The translations under genes were made by a program, and so were the position numbers. Shown here piece after piece: positions 19,323 to 29,744 of a stretch of 64,000 bases of DNA. A model generated the notes under the pieces. It did no database searches and was not told the DNA's origin. It saw only the letters and a list, made by a program, of their open reading frames with translations. Source of the DNA: a virus; IMG/VR virus record IMGVR_UViG_3300047548_001390, positions 1 to 64,000 of that record; one strand, given 5' to 3'. Positions within the stretch are counted from its first letter, which is position 1; every line of letters begins with the position of its first letter.

Positions 19323-20606
19323 TTATTCTGCATTATATTCACACAACATTAAATTAAAGCGACTATTTTCGATAGGTTTATCATCAAGGTTTCCGTGCTC
19401 ATCACAAAAAGTGTATTTAAATCCTGGAAGATGGGATTCATTCAACATATGCAATTTGTGATGCTCACCCCAGAATCCAGGAGGTTCTTTATATGGAACA
19501 GAGATCAATAAAGTATTACAATGTTTCTTTAACTTCTCAACAATTTCTAAACCATTGTCTAAGTGTTCAATCACCTCAAATGCAACAATGGTGTCGTATT
19601 GTTTGAGATGATACGTGTTAATGTCTGCCCATTCAAACTTTCTGTATTTGTTACCAAACTCATATCTTGCCACATCAATAATACGCTTATCATAATCAAC
19701 ACCAGTGTAATCCGATTGTAAATTAAAAAATTGTGATCCAAATCCACTGGAGCATCCAATTTCTAAAATAGAACCATCAAGTGCTTTTGTTGCTGCCCAT
19801 TTATATCGTGCTGCTTCTCTTGCTGGGACTTCTTCACCTGCAAGGTTAACATGACGCTCGAAATTATTCGTTAAAAGGTATTTGTAATACTCTCGATTAT
19901 ACTTACGAGCGACTCTTAACATATTAGATTTGAATCTATCATCCCAATCTTCAACTAGATTGGTGTCTCTCATCGTACCTTGACCTTTGTGATAGATCGG
20001 AAATCCGCCAGTGAACTGTTGACCGCCAGCAAACTTTGGTACGCACTCTTGTAGTGTAAATCCTGCTCTTTGAGCTTCAACACAAAACTCAATGTCTTCT
20101 CCAGCACCAGTGCCATACTCAGTATTCAGTAAACCTATTTTGTCGAATACTTTACGATCAATCATCACACAGAAAAACACTGCAAAGTCTGCATTTGCTT
20201 CTGGTGAGTGATTAATGATTGGTGCGGAAATACCACAATTCTGTTTAAGCAGAAGCGGACTCTCTAAAAGATTTATCCAGTAGTTTTTATCTTGTGGAAG
20301 GAGAACGGTGTCATTGTTTAGAAGAATGATACGCTGTCCAGTACAGACTTCGAGACCAACGTTAATTGCTTCCGGATATCCAATAGCGTCATTGTTCCAA
20401 ACAACTTTGAGATGATTTGAGAATCCAATAAAATCGAACTTTTGTTGAAGTCCACTAAGGTATTCGCCAGTGTTATCGATACATCCGTTTGCCGATATGA
20501 CCAACTCAACATCAGTCATATCAGTGTGATTGAAGATGGATTCTATGCAGGGTTTTAAATAATCATCACAATGATTAAAAGTTGGGATTACAATACTATA
20601 TTTCAT
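19323..20606 (-). CDS. GT2 glycosyltransferase fused to a class I SAM methyltransferase
   Basis: YSIVIPTFN, LLNNDT, GEDIEFC; C-terminal ILEIGCSSGFG and FEVIEHL. Confidence 0.88.
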   Translation of the reverse strand: MKYSIVIPTFNHCDDYLKPCIESIFNHTDMTDVELVISANGCIDNTGEYLSGLQQKFDFIGFSNHLKVVWNNDAIGYPEAINVGLEVCTGQRIILLNNDTVLLPQDKNYWINLLESPLLLKQNCGISAPIINHSPEANADFAVFFCVMIDRKVFDKIGLLNTEYGTGAGEDIEFCVEAQRAGFTLQECVPKFAGGQQFTGGFPIYHKGQGTMRDTNLVEDWDDRFKSNMLRVARKYNREYYKYLLTNNFERHVNLAGEEVPAREAARYKWAATKALDGSILEIGCSSGFGSQFFNLQSDYTGVDYDKRIIDVARYEFGNKYRKFEWADINTYHLKQYDTIVAFEVIEHLDNGLEIVEKLKKHCNTLLISVPYKEPPGFWGEHHKLHMLNESHLPGFKYTFCDEHGNLDDKPIENSRFNLMLCEYNAE

Positions 20607-20656
20607 AATAACTCCATTGTAAAATTACATATTACTTATTCTTGCAACAAATAACG

Positions 20657-20946
20657 TTATAAAGCAGATGGAGGTGTAAAATTCGCTGTGTATCTAGCTA
20701 TACCTTTTGTAATACGAAGATCATCTATATATCCCGAAAACCACTCACCATAGGACAAAGTACCGGTTGATAATTGTCTAGCTCCAATAGCGAAGTTATT
20801 ATTTTGAATATTATAAGACTGAGAGTTGGTTGCTGTGGCGTATGCAGTACCGTTTACAAATATTCTGAATATCCGCTAATGCCGGAATATCCTGACTCTC
20901 CTTGAGGTAGACTAGATTGTAGTACGGTTTTAATGTCTAAAGTCAT
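20657..20946 (-). pseudogene. deletion scar: 5' end of a Gly-X-Ser repeat gene fused out of frame to the 3' end of a LamG gene
   Basis: 20854-20946 encodes MTLDIKTVLQSSLPQGESGYSGISGYSEYL*. A start-less frame 20657-20869 encodes FRIFVNG...FSGYIDDLRITKGIARYTANFTPPSAL*. Confidence 0.8.
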
Positions 20947-20949
20947 GAC

Positions 20950-21627
20950 TTATCCTGCGTTGTTTACACGGTTACTTGTTTTTAAAGTGCTAACTTCTGA
21001 TCGCAATGATTCAATTTGTTTTTGCTGCTCTTTGATTGCTTCAATTAATATTCCTACAAGACTTCCATAAGATACTGTTAGAACTTTTCCACCACCATTT
21101 ACAGCATACGGAACAACCTTTAACACTTCTTGAGCAATTACGCCAACAGCATGCTCTCCCGTTGCTTTCCAATCAAACTCTACACCACGTAAAGATAGTA
21201 TCTTATTTAAAGCATTTTCAATTGTAGTAATATTTGTTTTCTCACGCTCATCAGATACACTATTAAAATCAGTCGCTTGTGCTGTCCCGTTTACCTGTAA
21301 TTTAGATGATCCATTATCAGTTCCAGTACCAATCAACACATTACCAGAATACTGAGCAATCTTAACAAGACCTGTGTCTATCACTTCAAGAGACGGAATA
21401 CCAGAAACATCGTTAACCGACCAAATAGTTCCTGTTAAACTATTTGTGATGGAAAACAACTGACCAGCAGATCCCTCCAACGAAATGGTTCCATTGTTGG
21501 TTGGATAGACGTTCAGAGTAATAGTCCGAGGACCAGTAGAGGCGTCAGCACCCTTGAATTCAATCTTGGGATCCGCTGACTGACCTTTGTTCGTGGTAAT
21601 TAAAATGTCTTTATCTGATAATGCCAT
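20950..21627 (-). CDS. tail fibre-like protein with peptidase S74 intramolecular chaperone
   Basis: SDEREKTNI, LRGVEFDWK, GVIAQEV, LIEAIKEQQ. Confidence 0.85.
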   Translation of the reverse strand: MALSDKDILITTNKGQSADPKIEFKGADASTGPRTITLNVYPTNNGTISLEGSAGQLFSITNSLTGTIWSVNDVSGIPSLEVIDTGLVKIAQYSGNVLIGTGTDNGSSKLQVNGTAQATDFNSVSDEREKTNITTIENALNKILSLRGVEFDWKATGEHAVGVIAQEVLKVVPYAVNGGGKVLTVSYGSLVGILIEAIKEQQKQIESLRSEVSTLKTSNRVNNAG

Positions 21628-21656
21628 TATAGTTTCCTAGATTACTCTTTTATTTA

Positions 21657-23165
21657 TTAGATGCCGAAGCGTCCACGCAATGCGTTAAAGTTTTGTTTTA
21701 CTTCTGCTGCTGTAAGTGCTCGGTTGTACATAAAAGCGCTACCAATTTTTCCATTAAAAAATTCAGCTCCACCCAAACTTCCAATTAATAAATTTCCTCC
21801 CGTGGGTGCCGAAGGAGAAAATGGTGTGGTATTACTAGCAACTAACTGTCCGTTTACATAGGCTTTAAGACCCGATGAATCTCCTGTTACAGCACAATAT
21901 GACCACACGTTGTTTGGACACTCACCACCCTGAACCGAATTTCCAGATACATACCACCACAGTGCATTAGAAGTGCTGTCTAATCTAAATCTATATCCTG
22001 AATTTTGATTTTTTGACATTACATTACCAAGGCCACTAGCGGATACAGGATTTACCCAAGCAGCCATAGTTATTGAACTTGCTTGTTGTAGAGATACGCC
22101 GTTACCACAATCAATATAATTACTACTACCATTAAAACTAAACGTACCATCAGCAGCATAAGTTAAACTATTTGCTGTAATTGTATTGTTTCCTGTTTGA
22201 TCTATAATTGCCTGAGTGTTAGAACGAGTTCCTGCTGCAAAATTATTGGCAACAGATCCAGCTTCAAATTGTATGTTAGAAATGTCATATTTCATATTTC
22301 CACTTGCAGGAAACCAATATGAAATGCAACTAGGGTTATTAGGAGTAAAAGTAAAATAATACTTTTTCCATTCGTTAAAAGCACCTAACGTAAAATTCCA
22401 AGATGGATTTGTCGGGGAAGTTACACCATAATTGTATATTGAATATGAGTTGTTTAATCCTACTGCGGATACAGAAGCTGCCCTTGCCCAGAACGATACA
22501 GTGTGTGGAGTACCAGCAGTAACAGTCGCATCGACTCCATATGCCATTCCATCCAGTCCTTCATTCCGAATGTAGTGTAATCTAATACAATCGGTTGCAG
22601 CACGACCTGGAATTCCGTTAAATCCTTTAGATATAATTTCTTTAACTAGTCCCGAATTAGCTAGGTGAGGATACCCCCACCACATAGTTGGGAATGAGGT
22701 TGAATTAATAGAAACTCGTTGATCTAACGCAATACTATCATGGACTTTGAACATGCCTGTAAAAGGGTTCACATAACCTTGACTACCATCCTGACTACTA
22801 TTATATGCATGTAAGGAAAATTGTGTGTCTGAAATTTTCTTTATGAAATAGTTTGTTGCTGCTGTAACTCCACCACCAGTTGTCTGAGGTTGCATCACAT
22901 CGTATGTTCTCAAACTGTGAGGCGCAGTCATAGTTACAATATTATCAGATACACTTGAAACTGTACCTATAGAAAAATAAGTGCCTGATCCATATTGATT
23001 AGTATTATACGTACCCCAACCGTTTCCTGTGGTAGGATATCCATTAATTGCTGGCGTTGGAAGCAAATTCGTAACTGGAGCCCCAATATTAGACTTACCG
23101 TTGCCCATATCATAGGCAAACACTAATCCTTCAGTTACAATTTTAGGAGAATGATTAAGTGCCAT
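21657..23165 (-). CDS. LamG/ConA-like lectin domain virion protein (likely start 23165)
   Basis: IVTEGLVFAYD, FNGSSNYI, YVNG, YNRALTAAEVKQNFNALRGRFGI. Confidence 0.85.
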   Translation of the reverse strand: MALNHSPKIVTEGLVFAYDMGNGKSNIGAPVTNLLPTPAINGYPTTGNGWGTYNTNQYGSGTYFSIGTVSSVSDNIVTMTAPHSLRTYDVMQPQTTGGGVTAATNYFIKKISDTQFSLHAYNSSQDGSQGYVNPFTGMFKVHDSIALDQRVSINSTSFPTMWWGYPHLANSGLVKEIISKGFNGIPGRAATDCIRLHYIRNEGLDGMAYGVDATVTAGTPHTVSFWARAASVSAVGLNNSYSIYNYGVTSPTNPSWNFTLGAFNEWKKYYFTFTPNNPSCISYWFPASGNMKYDISNIQFEAGSVANNFAAGTRSNTQAIIDQTGNNTITANSLTYAADGTFSFNGSSNYIDCGNGVSLQQASSITMAAWVNPVSASGLGNVMSKNQNSGYRFRLDSTSNALWWYVSGNSVQGGECPNNVWSYCAVTGDSSGLKAYVNGQLVASNTTPFSPSAPTGGNLLIGSLGGAEFFNGKIGSAFMYNRALTAAEVKQNFNALRGRFGI

Positions 23166-23332
23166 TACCACAAATCCTTTGGACAAGCGAGCTGTTCAAC
23201 TACAATTCGAATTGATACATCATTACTCAACTTACATACTTTAAAATTAGGCATAACTTCATATACACATTGATTGCAATTGCTACAGATCTGTATTCTG
23301 TTATTAATAACGTCTTCGGTTAATTCTGTCAT
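23165..23332 (-). CDS. small Cys-rich protein (55 aa, DUF6171-like), absent from the ORF track
   Basis: MTELTEDVINNRIQICSNC...VC...ACPKDLW*; ATGA and TAATG overlaps with both neighbours. Confidence 0.7.
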   Translation of the reverse strand: MTELTEDVINNRIQICSNCNQCVYEVMPNFKVCKLSNDVSIRIVVEQLACPKDLW

Positions 23333-24000
23333 AATCCAAACCTTCCACGAATTGCTCTAAAATTATCTAAAACTTGTTGGTCACTTAATGAAATATTGTA
23401 AGCTAATACCATTGACATATCACCTTGCCAATATCCGGCATATCCGGCACCGATAGTTATATTTGCTGATGTATATGTTAATTGTCCATACGAATGTGCT
23501 GTTGTGGATGATAAGCTACCGTTAATATACCACTTATGTTGATTGAAATCACGGGTAATACACATGACATTCCAAACGTTTCTAGGAGTAGTTGGGCTAG
23601 CAATGCCTATGTAAGGTACGTTGTTTGCTCCAGCATCACCAATATACTGACTTATATTATCTCCTTGCTCATGAGTCCAAGTTCCATACCCACCATATGC
23701 CTGATCCCACGGATTGCGCCTACCGGACGTATATGTGTGCCTCATCACAATCATGAGTGTTTGATTGTTAGAAAAATCCAATGTTGAATTATTCGTAACT
23801 GTTCCGGAATTGGAAGTACCGTTAAAGGTAAAATAAGGTCTCGTAAATGTAGGTGTTGACGTCCAAACACAGTGATTATTGTTTCCGCTTACATCAAACC
23901 ACGTTGACCCTGTACCTGGATAGCTTTTGACGTTTGCTGCATCAAGACAAAGTACTAATCCATCAGTAATAATAGTCGTACCATACTCAATTGCCATCAA
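23329..24000 (-). CDS. LamG/ConA-like lectin domain protein
   Basis: IITDGLVLCLDAAN.KSYPGTGSTWFD.SGN, NF.A.RGRFG end. Confidence 0.85.
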   Translation of the reverse strand: MMAIEYGTTIITDGLVLCLDAANVKSYPGTGSTWFDVSGNNNHCVWTSTPTFTRPYFTFNGTSNSGTVTNNSTLDFSNNQTLMIVMRHTYTSGRRNPWDQAYGGYGTWTHEQGDNISQYIGDAGANNVPYIGIASPTTPRNVWNVMCITRDFNQHKWYINGSLSSTTAHSYGQLTYTSANITIGAGYAGYWQGDMSMVLAYNISLSDQQVLDNFRAIRGRFGL

Positions 24001-26921
24001 TCAGTCTCCACTTGCAACTTATCAATATCGACACGTTCCGCTAACACATAGTAATAACAGTTGATATCTGTACTCATAAAATTATCATTCCCAACATACA
24101 CTTTGTTGTCTTCAACTTTCTTAACATACAGTTTCTGGTGTTTTCCAATAGGTGTAAGTTGAACAGTAATTGATTCTGGATCAACTAACTTTGTCCAGTA
24201 GTCCGGTAATTCAATTACATTCCCTGTAAGTTTTCCACGAACATAAACGCCGTTCTCTGGACCTTCCAAAGAACCATAAATTAACCTCTTACCCTCTTTA
24301 GTTGGGTGAGGGATAGAGAACGACTTGGATACAGCAGATATTGTACCAGTTGCTGCATTAAATGATAATTTTGTTGTAGTTACTTTAGGTGTCTGATTAG
24401 ATCCAGCAGCACCAACCATGACAGGATATAGAGTAACGGTTGACGTGTCATCAGTTGCGTTAATTGCAGTTGATGGGCCGCTGGCACCACTGATACCAGA
24501 CCAACCTGAATATCCAGAAATACCCGAGTATCCACTAAATCCAGAATCACCATTAGATCCAATTACTCCATCTTGTCCTGAGTACCCACTAAAACCTGAG
24601 TAACCAGAAAATCCGGATGCACCGTCACCACCAAGTACACCATCTTGCCCTGAGTAACCACTTATTCCGGAGTATCCAGAATAACCAGAAATACCACTGT
24701 ACCCCGAGGCACCAATTTCTCCGGAATAACCAGAGAACCCAGATTCACCTTGTGGTCCAGTTTCTCCAGAAAATCCTGAATAGCCACTAAAGCCAGAATC
24801 ACCTGAAGCACCAACTTCACCCGACAAGCCGTCTTGACCACTAAACCCTGAGTACCCGGAAATGCCCGAGTAACCACTAGTGCCAGACTCGCCTTGAATA
24901 CCCTGTTCACCTTGCGCACCAGAATATCCGCTGATACCAGACTCTCCAGAATATCCACTAAATCCTGATATGCCGGAGTCACCAGAGTATCCACTAATGC
25001 CGCTGAATCCTGATATTCCAGTCTCTCCTTGAGCGCCATCTTGGCCGGAGTAGCCACTAAATCCAGAATATCCGGAGATACCTGAAGCGCCGGAGTCTCC
25101 ACTAAATCCGGATGCGCCCTCTTGACCGGAGTATCCACTAATGCCGCTGAATCCAGAGTAACCACTGAATCCCGATTGTCCATCTAACCCCGAATAACCC
25201 GAGTAACCAGACTCACCGCTAAACCCTGATTCACCTTGTCCAGAATATCCGCTAATACCACTAAACCCTGAGAAGCCGCTTAACCCCGATATACCTTGCT
25301 CACCTTGGATACCTTGCGCACCAGAAAGATCAGTTACATACTGATATGAAGAGCCGTTCCAAAGATATAACCTTGAGCTCTCTGCATCTTCCACATTACC
25401 AGTATCGATAATAGCAAATTGACCTGCTGTGATACCTGTTGGCGATGTATCTGCTGTTAATGCTGCAACTGAACTATAAGTTTTGGCAATAGTGAATCCC
25501 ATACCAACAGCACCACTGAATCCTGAGAATCCACTAATACCTGAATATCCAGAAATACCAGATTCACCTTGAATACCATCTTGTCCTGAATATCCACTGA
25601 AGCCTGAGTACCCACTAAATCCTGATTCCCCATTAGCACCAGATTCACCTGAGAATCCGGAATATCCAGAAATACCAGATTCACCTTGGATGCCGTCTTG
25701 TCCTGAGTATCCACTGAAGCCGCTTGTACCAGAATACCCACTGATACCAGATTCGCCTTGAGCGCCATCTTGGCCAGAATAACCACTAAATCCAGAATTA
25801 CCTGAGAAACCACTGATACCTGATTCACCTGAATATCCACTTGCACCCGACTCACCTGAGAATCCACTATAACCAGAGATACCCGAGTCTCCGGAAATAC
25901 CAGAATCGCCACTATAACCGGAGATACCGGAGTATCCCGATTCGCCAGAACCCCCACTGAATCCCGATTCTCCTGAGTATCCACTAATGCCGCTATAACC
26001 AGAGATACCCGAGTCTCCGGAGTATCCACTGATACCACTAGCGCCCGATTCTCCTGAGAATCCACTGTAGCCAGAAATACCAGAGTCTCCACTGAATCCA
26101 GATATACCCGATGTGCCTTCTTGTCCTGAATATCCACTGAACCCAGATTCTCCGGAATAACCACTAAACCCAGAGGTACCCGATGCGCCCTCTTGACCAG
26201 AGTAACCGCTAAATCCGCTGTAACCAGAATATCCGGATAATCCTGGAACATCGCCAGGTTGAACATTTTCCCAACGTCCAGCTGTAGAGTTGTATACAAT
26301 TAAATCGTTATTTGCAAGTGTTCCAAATTCGACGTTAGAGTCAGTTCCACCAAGAACTGAACCATTAGTCATCCTAACGTAAATACGACCAGTACTTGCG
26401 TGCTGACGAAGAACAATTGCTATTGGGGTTTTGATATTTGGTGCGGATGGTTTTGTAGAGGTCCATCCACCTGCAACAGCAGGGTTTGGGTAGAGAATTG
26501 TACCAACTGCATATGCACTGGTGTTGACGTCACGAACAACGCCATTTGTAATAATTTGTGCAAACTCATCGTCAGTGGTGATGTCACGAGTAGCAACACC
26601 AATCATGTATTCTGGAGCAACGGTACCATTTGTTACAGCAGCAGCAATAGTGATCTTGTCACCTTGCGCTCCAGTCGCCATAACAAAAGAACCGTTGGGA
26701 ATTGTTATGCCTGATGTGTTTTTACACGGCGGCATGAAGAACTCTTGACCAACCTGTTGGACGACACCATTATCGTGCCCAACATTAAGAGTATCATCTT
26801 CTGTGTTATACCATACACGACCTAGAGCAGGAGTTGCTGCTGTAGTGGTATCAAAGTCTACATAAACAACACCAGCATATGGTGCTAAAAGACCATTCTT
26901 GGCCTTAAATTCGTTTGCCAT
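23997..26921 (-). CDS. collagen-like Gly-X-Ser repeat fibre protein
   Basis: Two long (G-X-S)n blocks (SGYSGFSGISG); C-terminal KSFSIPHP..LEGPE..LPDYW domain. Confidence 0.8.
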   Translation of the reverse strand: MANEFKAKNGLLAPYAGVVYVDFDTTTAATPALGRVWYNTEDDTLNVGHDNGVVQQVGQEFFMPPCKNTSGITIPNGSFVMATGAQGDKITIAAAVTNGTVAPEYMIGVATRDITTDDEFAQIITNGVVRDVNTSAYAVGTILYPNPAVAGGWTSTKPSAPNIKTPIAIVLRQHASTGRIYVRMTNGSVLGGTDSNVEFGTLANNDLIVYNSTAGRWENVQPGDVPGLSGYSGYSGFSGYSGQEGASGTSGFSGYSGESGFSGYSGQEGTSGISGFSGDSGISGYSGFSGESGASGISGYSGDSGISGYSGISGYSGESGFSGGSGESGYSGISGYSGDSGISGDSGISGYSGFSGESGASGYSGESGISGFSGNSGFSGYSGQDGAQGESGISGYSGTSGFSGYSGQDGIQGESGISGYSGFSGESGANGESGFSGYSGFSGYSGQDGIQGESGISGYSGISGFSGFSGAVGMGFTIAKTYSSVAALTADTSPTGITAGQFAIIDTGNVEDAESSRLYLWNGSSYQYVTDLSGAQGIQGEQGISGLSGFSGFSGISGYSGQGESGFSGESGYSGYSGLDGQSGFSGYSGFSGISGYSGQEGASGFSGDSGASGISGYSGFSGYSGQDGAQGETGISGFSGISGYSGDSGISGFSGYSGESGISGYSGAQGEQGIQGESGTSGYSGISGYSGFSGQDGLSGEVGASGDSGFSGYSGFSGETGPQGESGFSGYSGEIGASGYSGISGYSGYSGISGYSGQDGVLGGDGASGFSGYSGFSGYSGQDGVIGSNGDSGFSGYSGISGYSGWSGISGASGPSTAINATDDTSTVTLYPVMVGAAGSNQTPKVTTTKLSFNAATGTISAVSKSFSIPHPTKEGKRLIYGSLEGPENGVYVRGKLTGNVIELPDYWTKLVDPESITVQLTPIGKHQKLYVKKVEDNKVYVGNDNFMSTDINCYYYVLAERVDIDKLQVETD
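24480..26240 (-). repeat. degenerate 9-bp-period coding repeat (Gly-X-Ser) in two blocks separated by a globular insert at about 25330-25505
   Basis: Tripeptide periodicity in the protein with synonymous variation in the DNA. Confidence 0.9.
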
Positions 26922-26953
26922 CTCGTTTCCCTATCCACGAGTAATTTTGATTA

Positions 26954-27427
26954 TTAAGATTCCAGTAGAATCCTTCTTATATTTATAGTTGCCATCGCAT
27001 TCGATTGCATTGTAATCAATAATCTAACATTACCAGCATACACGTCAGTCGTAACAGTGCATAGTAAAGATGGAGTGGTGTGAAGTAATGCGTATTCAGT
27101 AGTAAACGTAGTTGTACCGTTATGCAGTAAAAGCATTTCGGAAGTTTGGTATTCGGTGCCTTGAGTCACCTGAATAATATACTTAGCAGATCTATACGCC
27201 GATGCAGACCAAGAGTCTGTAACTTGTTGATCAGTTGATGTATAGGTTGCAGTAATAACTTTGAAAATTTGTTTCTGAGAAACAAGAGGTTCAATGACAT
27301 CGCCGACAGTTTTATAGTACGCCGCTCCATCATTATAATTCAACGCTAATTCACCATATGAAAGATCATTGGTGATAGGAACTTTACCTGCTACTGAGGA
27401 TTTTTTCAGTAAGACTTTATTTGCCAT
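26954..27427 (-). CDS. fibre-associated structural protein
   Basis: LKKSSVAGKVP..L.YGELALNY.DG N-terminal anchor; YRSAKYIIQV domain. Confidence 0.7.
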   Translation of the reverse strand: MANKVLLKKSSVAGKVPITNDLSYGELALNYNDGAAYYKTVGDVIEPLVSQKQIFKVITATYTSTDQQVTDSWSASAYRSAKYIIQVTQGTEYQTSEMLLLHNGTTTFTTEYALLHTTPSLLCTVTTDVYAGNVRLLITMQSNAMATINIRRILLES

Positions 27428-27437
27428 AATGATTCCT

Positions 27438-27478
27438 AAAAAGGGAAAGGGGTGCTATAGAGCACCCCTATATTTATA
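27438..27478 (-). promoter_or_regulatory. late promoter TATAAATA (27471-27478) followed by a hairpin/possible terminator
   Basis: GGGGTGCT-CTAT-AGCACCCC then TTTCCCTTTTT. Confidence 0.65.
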
Positions 27479-27489
27479 CTAATTCAAGA

Positions 27490-29472
27490 TTAATATGTCC
27501 CACCATCAACATCACCATATACTGGCATACCAGAGGAATTGATTTGAAGAACTTTACCTTCAGTGCTTGCTGCCAATGTTGACAGAGTGTTGTTTGCCGA
27601 AGCGTAAATCAAATCACCTGCAGTGTATGCAGTCAGACCAGTACCACCATATCCAGTACCAATTGTGGTTGCATTCCAAGTACCGGTTGTAACTGTACCG
27701 AGTGTGGTAATGGTATTTTGACCAGCATACGTTGAAGCAATGTCAATTGCATCCGCGCTCACTGTAATACGATCAGCAGTACCACCAACAGTCAGTACAC
27801 CAGCAGCATATGTAAGACCGTCACCTGCCAAACCACTCTTCAATTGCAGAGCGTCAGAAACAATCTCAATACCACCTGAAGCAGCAACAACAACATCCAA
27901 TCTGTTGCCATCTTTTGTCAGCGCATCGCCAGCAATAATCTGACCAGCACCAGAGAACTGTGTAAAGACCAGTTCTGTAGTACCCATGGTGATAGAACCA
28001 TTGGTACTTAGAACATAACCGTTATCGGCAATCGTGTTACCTTCTTCAACGAAAGTAAACGCACCTGGAGTAACTTCAGTGTTAGTATCGAAGTCAGTTG
28101 CACGAGTCAGTACCCAGTTCGAAGAGATCGAACCAGCATCTGTAACAACATAGATACCGTTTTGTTCAGCACTTGTTTGATTCTTAACAAGGATACGATT
28201 ACCATTGGCAGCATTTACACCATCAATTTGCAACGCAGCTTGTGTACCAGAATTGGTTAATGTTGCACCAACTCCTGATGTACCGTTGTCGTATGTTGCT
28301 GTAAGAGCAGCAATAGTTGCCAAGCGAACCGATTCTTTAATGTCCAGACCTGCTTTGGTAGCGTCAACATACCCTTTAGTAGCAGCGTCTGTAGCTTGAG
28401 TTGGTTCAGCAACCGATGTAATACGCTTGCTGGAAACGTCAACTGTACCAGTACCGGTAGGTACCAAAGTAACATTGTTGTTACCAGTAGCGGCAGCAAT
28501 TGTAATTCCTGCTGTGTTACCTGTGATGCTCGTAGCAGTTGCAGCACCCAATTCTGGAGTGACCAAAGTTGGAGTATTAGCAAATACCAATGCGCCGGTA
28601 CCTGTCTCATCGCTAATAACTTCAGCAAGTTCTGAAGAAGAAGTTGCAGCGAATACGTTCAGTTTCTGGTTTGTTAATGCAACAGTACCAGTCAACGCTG
28701 GAAGTGTAACTGTATTAGTACCTGCAATTGCAGTTGCTTGAACTGTAATATTACCAGAAGTAGAACCTGGGAACTGAACACTGGAAATACCAGTTAGAGC
28801 TAAATTAGCAGAAGCACGATTTAGTGCAACTTCAGTTGTACCAATGTGATGAGTATCAGCGCGGCGAGCAATTGTACTATCAGCATCAATGGTAACAGAG
28901 TTAGTACCAACGGTAGTTGTAATGCCATCACCACCAGTAATGGTGAGAGTTTCTGTTAACAATGCAATTGATTCTGTTCCAGTGTCACCAGCAATATTCA
29001 ATGCCGATGATGCAGCCGCCCATGAAACCGTACCAGTACCGTTTGTGGTCAGAACATAACCGTTGGTACCATCAATACGGGGTAGTGTATAAGCATTAGC
29101 AATACTGACTAAACCAGTACCATTTGGATCTAATACTAGATTACCATTGGCATTGGTTGTACCTAATGTATTACCATTGAGTTGTAAGTTGTCGACCAAC
29201 AGATCATCGATCTTTTTGTTGGAATCAACAATGATTGCAGAACCAGCAGTCAATGTACCTGCTGAATGATCCAACATATCAGTAAAGTACTTACCGCCAA
29301 TGACGACATGCTCAAGAGCATTGCCATTTGTCTCGGCACCCATACCGATATAAAGTCTACCACCACCCTGTACCGAGGTATGATCGGCATTAGAGTATGC
29401 TAATTCACCAGTACCTAGTGTATTTGGATTGCCCGTTACTCCCGAGCGTTTGATACGAATGATCGATGCCAT
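27490..29472 (-). CDS. tail fibre-like protein
   Basis: IRIKRS..GELAY N-terminus, DAATKGYVD, RILVKNQ..NGIYVV..LTRATD, DGGTY end. Confidence 0.8.
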   Translation of the reverse strand: MASIIRIKRSGVTGNPNTLGTGELAYSNADHTSVQGGGRLYIGMGAETNGNALEHVVIGGKYFTDMLDHSAGTLTAGSAIIVDSNKKIDDLLVDNLQLNGNTLGTTNANGNLVLDPNGTGLVSIANAYTLPRIDGTNGYVLTTNGTGTVSWAAASSALNIAGDTGTESIALLTETLTITGGDGITTTVGTNSVTIDADSTIARRADTHHIGTTEVALNRASANLALTGISSVQFPGSTSGNITVQATAIAGTNTVTLPALTGTVALTNQKLNVFAATSSSELAEVISDETGTGALVFANTPTLVTPELGAATATSITGNTAGITIAAATGNNNVTLVPTGTGTVDVSSKRITSVAEPTQATDAATKGYVDATKAGLDIKESVRLATIAALTATYDNGTSGVGATLTNSGTQAALQIDGVNAANGNRILVKNQTSAEQNGIYVVTDAGSISSNWVLTRATDFDTNTEVTPGAFTFVEEGNTIADNGYVLSTNGSITMGTTELVFTQFSGAGQIIAGDALTKDGNRLDVVVAASGGIEIVSDALQLKSGLAGDGLTYAAGVLTVGGTADRITVSADAIDIASTYAGQNTITTLGTVTTGTWNATTIGTGYGGTGLTAYTAGDLIYASANNTLSTLAASTEGKVLQINSSGMPVYGDVDGGTY

Positions 29473-29485
29473 ATTTTATTCTCCG

Positions 29486-29743
29486 TTAAAATTCGCCGCC
29501 TTCCATAAATTGCTGATTAAGCAATCGGGTGGACGTCCATTTGCTTGTTTGTGCCTTATACACTAATACTGAACCGTCTTGTGTACCTTCTGTTATAACA
29601 TCCACATCCGATAATTCGTTGAGGGTTGTTACGCCAATATTGCCACTTCCATCTGCTCCACTTACAACAGTCGTTACTCCTCCAGTGCTATCGATAACGG
29701 TAGCAATTGTAGGTCCATCCTGTATTTGTTCGATTGTAGCCAT
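29486..29743 (-). CDS. small fibre-associated protein
   Basis: L.ELSDVD, DGSVLVY, EGGEF end. Confidence 0.65.
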   Translation of the reverse strand: MATIEQIQDGPTIATVIDSTGGVTTVVSGADGSGNIGVTTLNELSDVDVITEGTQDGSVLVYKAQTSKWTSTRLLNQQFMEGGEF

Positions 29744-29744
29744 T

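Noticed and set aside
24662-26299. 173-aa and 280-aa alternative-frame ORFs inside the Gly-X-Ser gene
   Set aside because: Artefacts of the 9-bp periodic repeat
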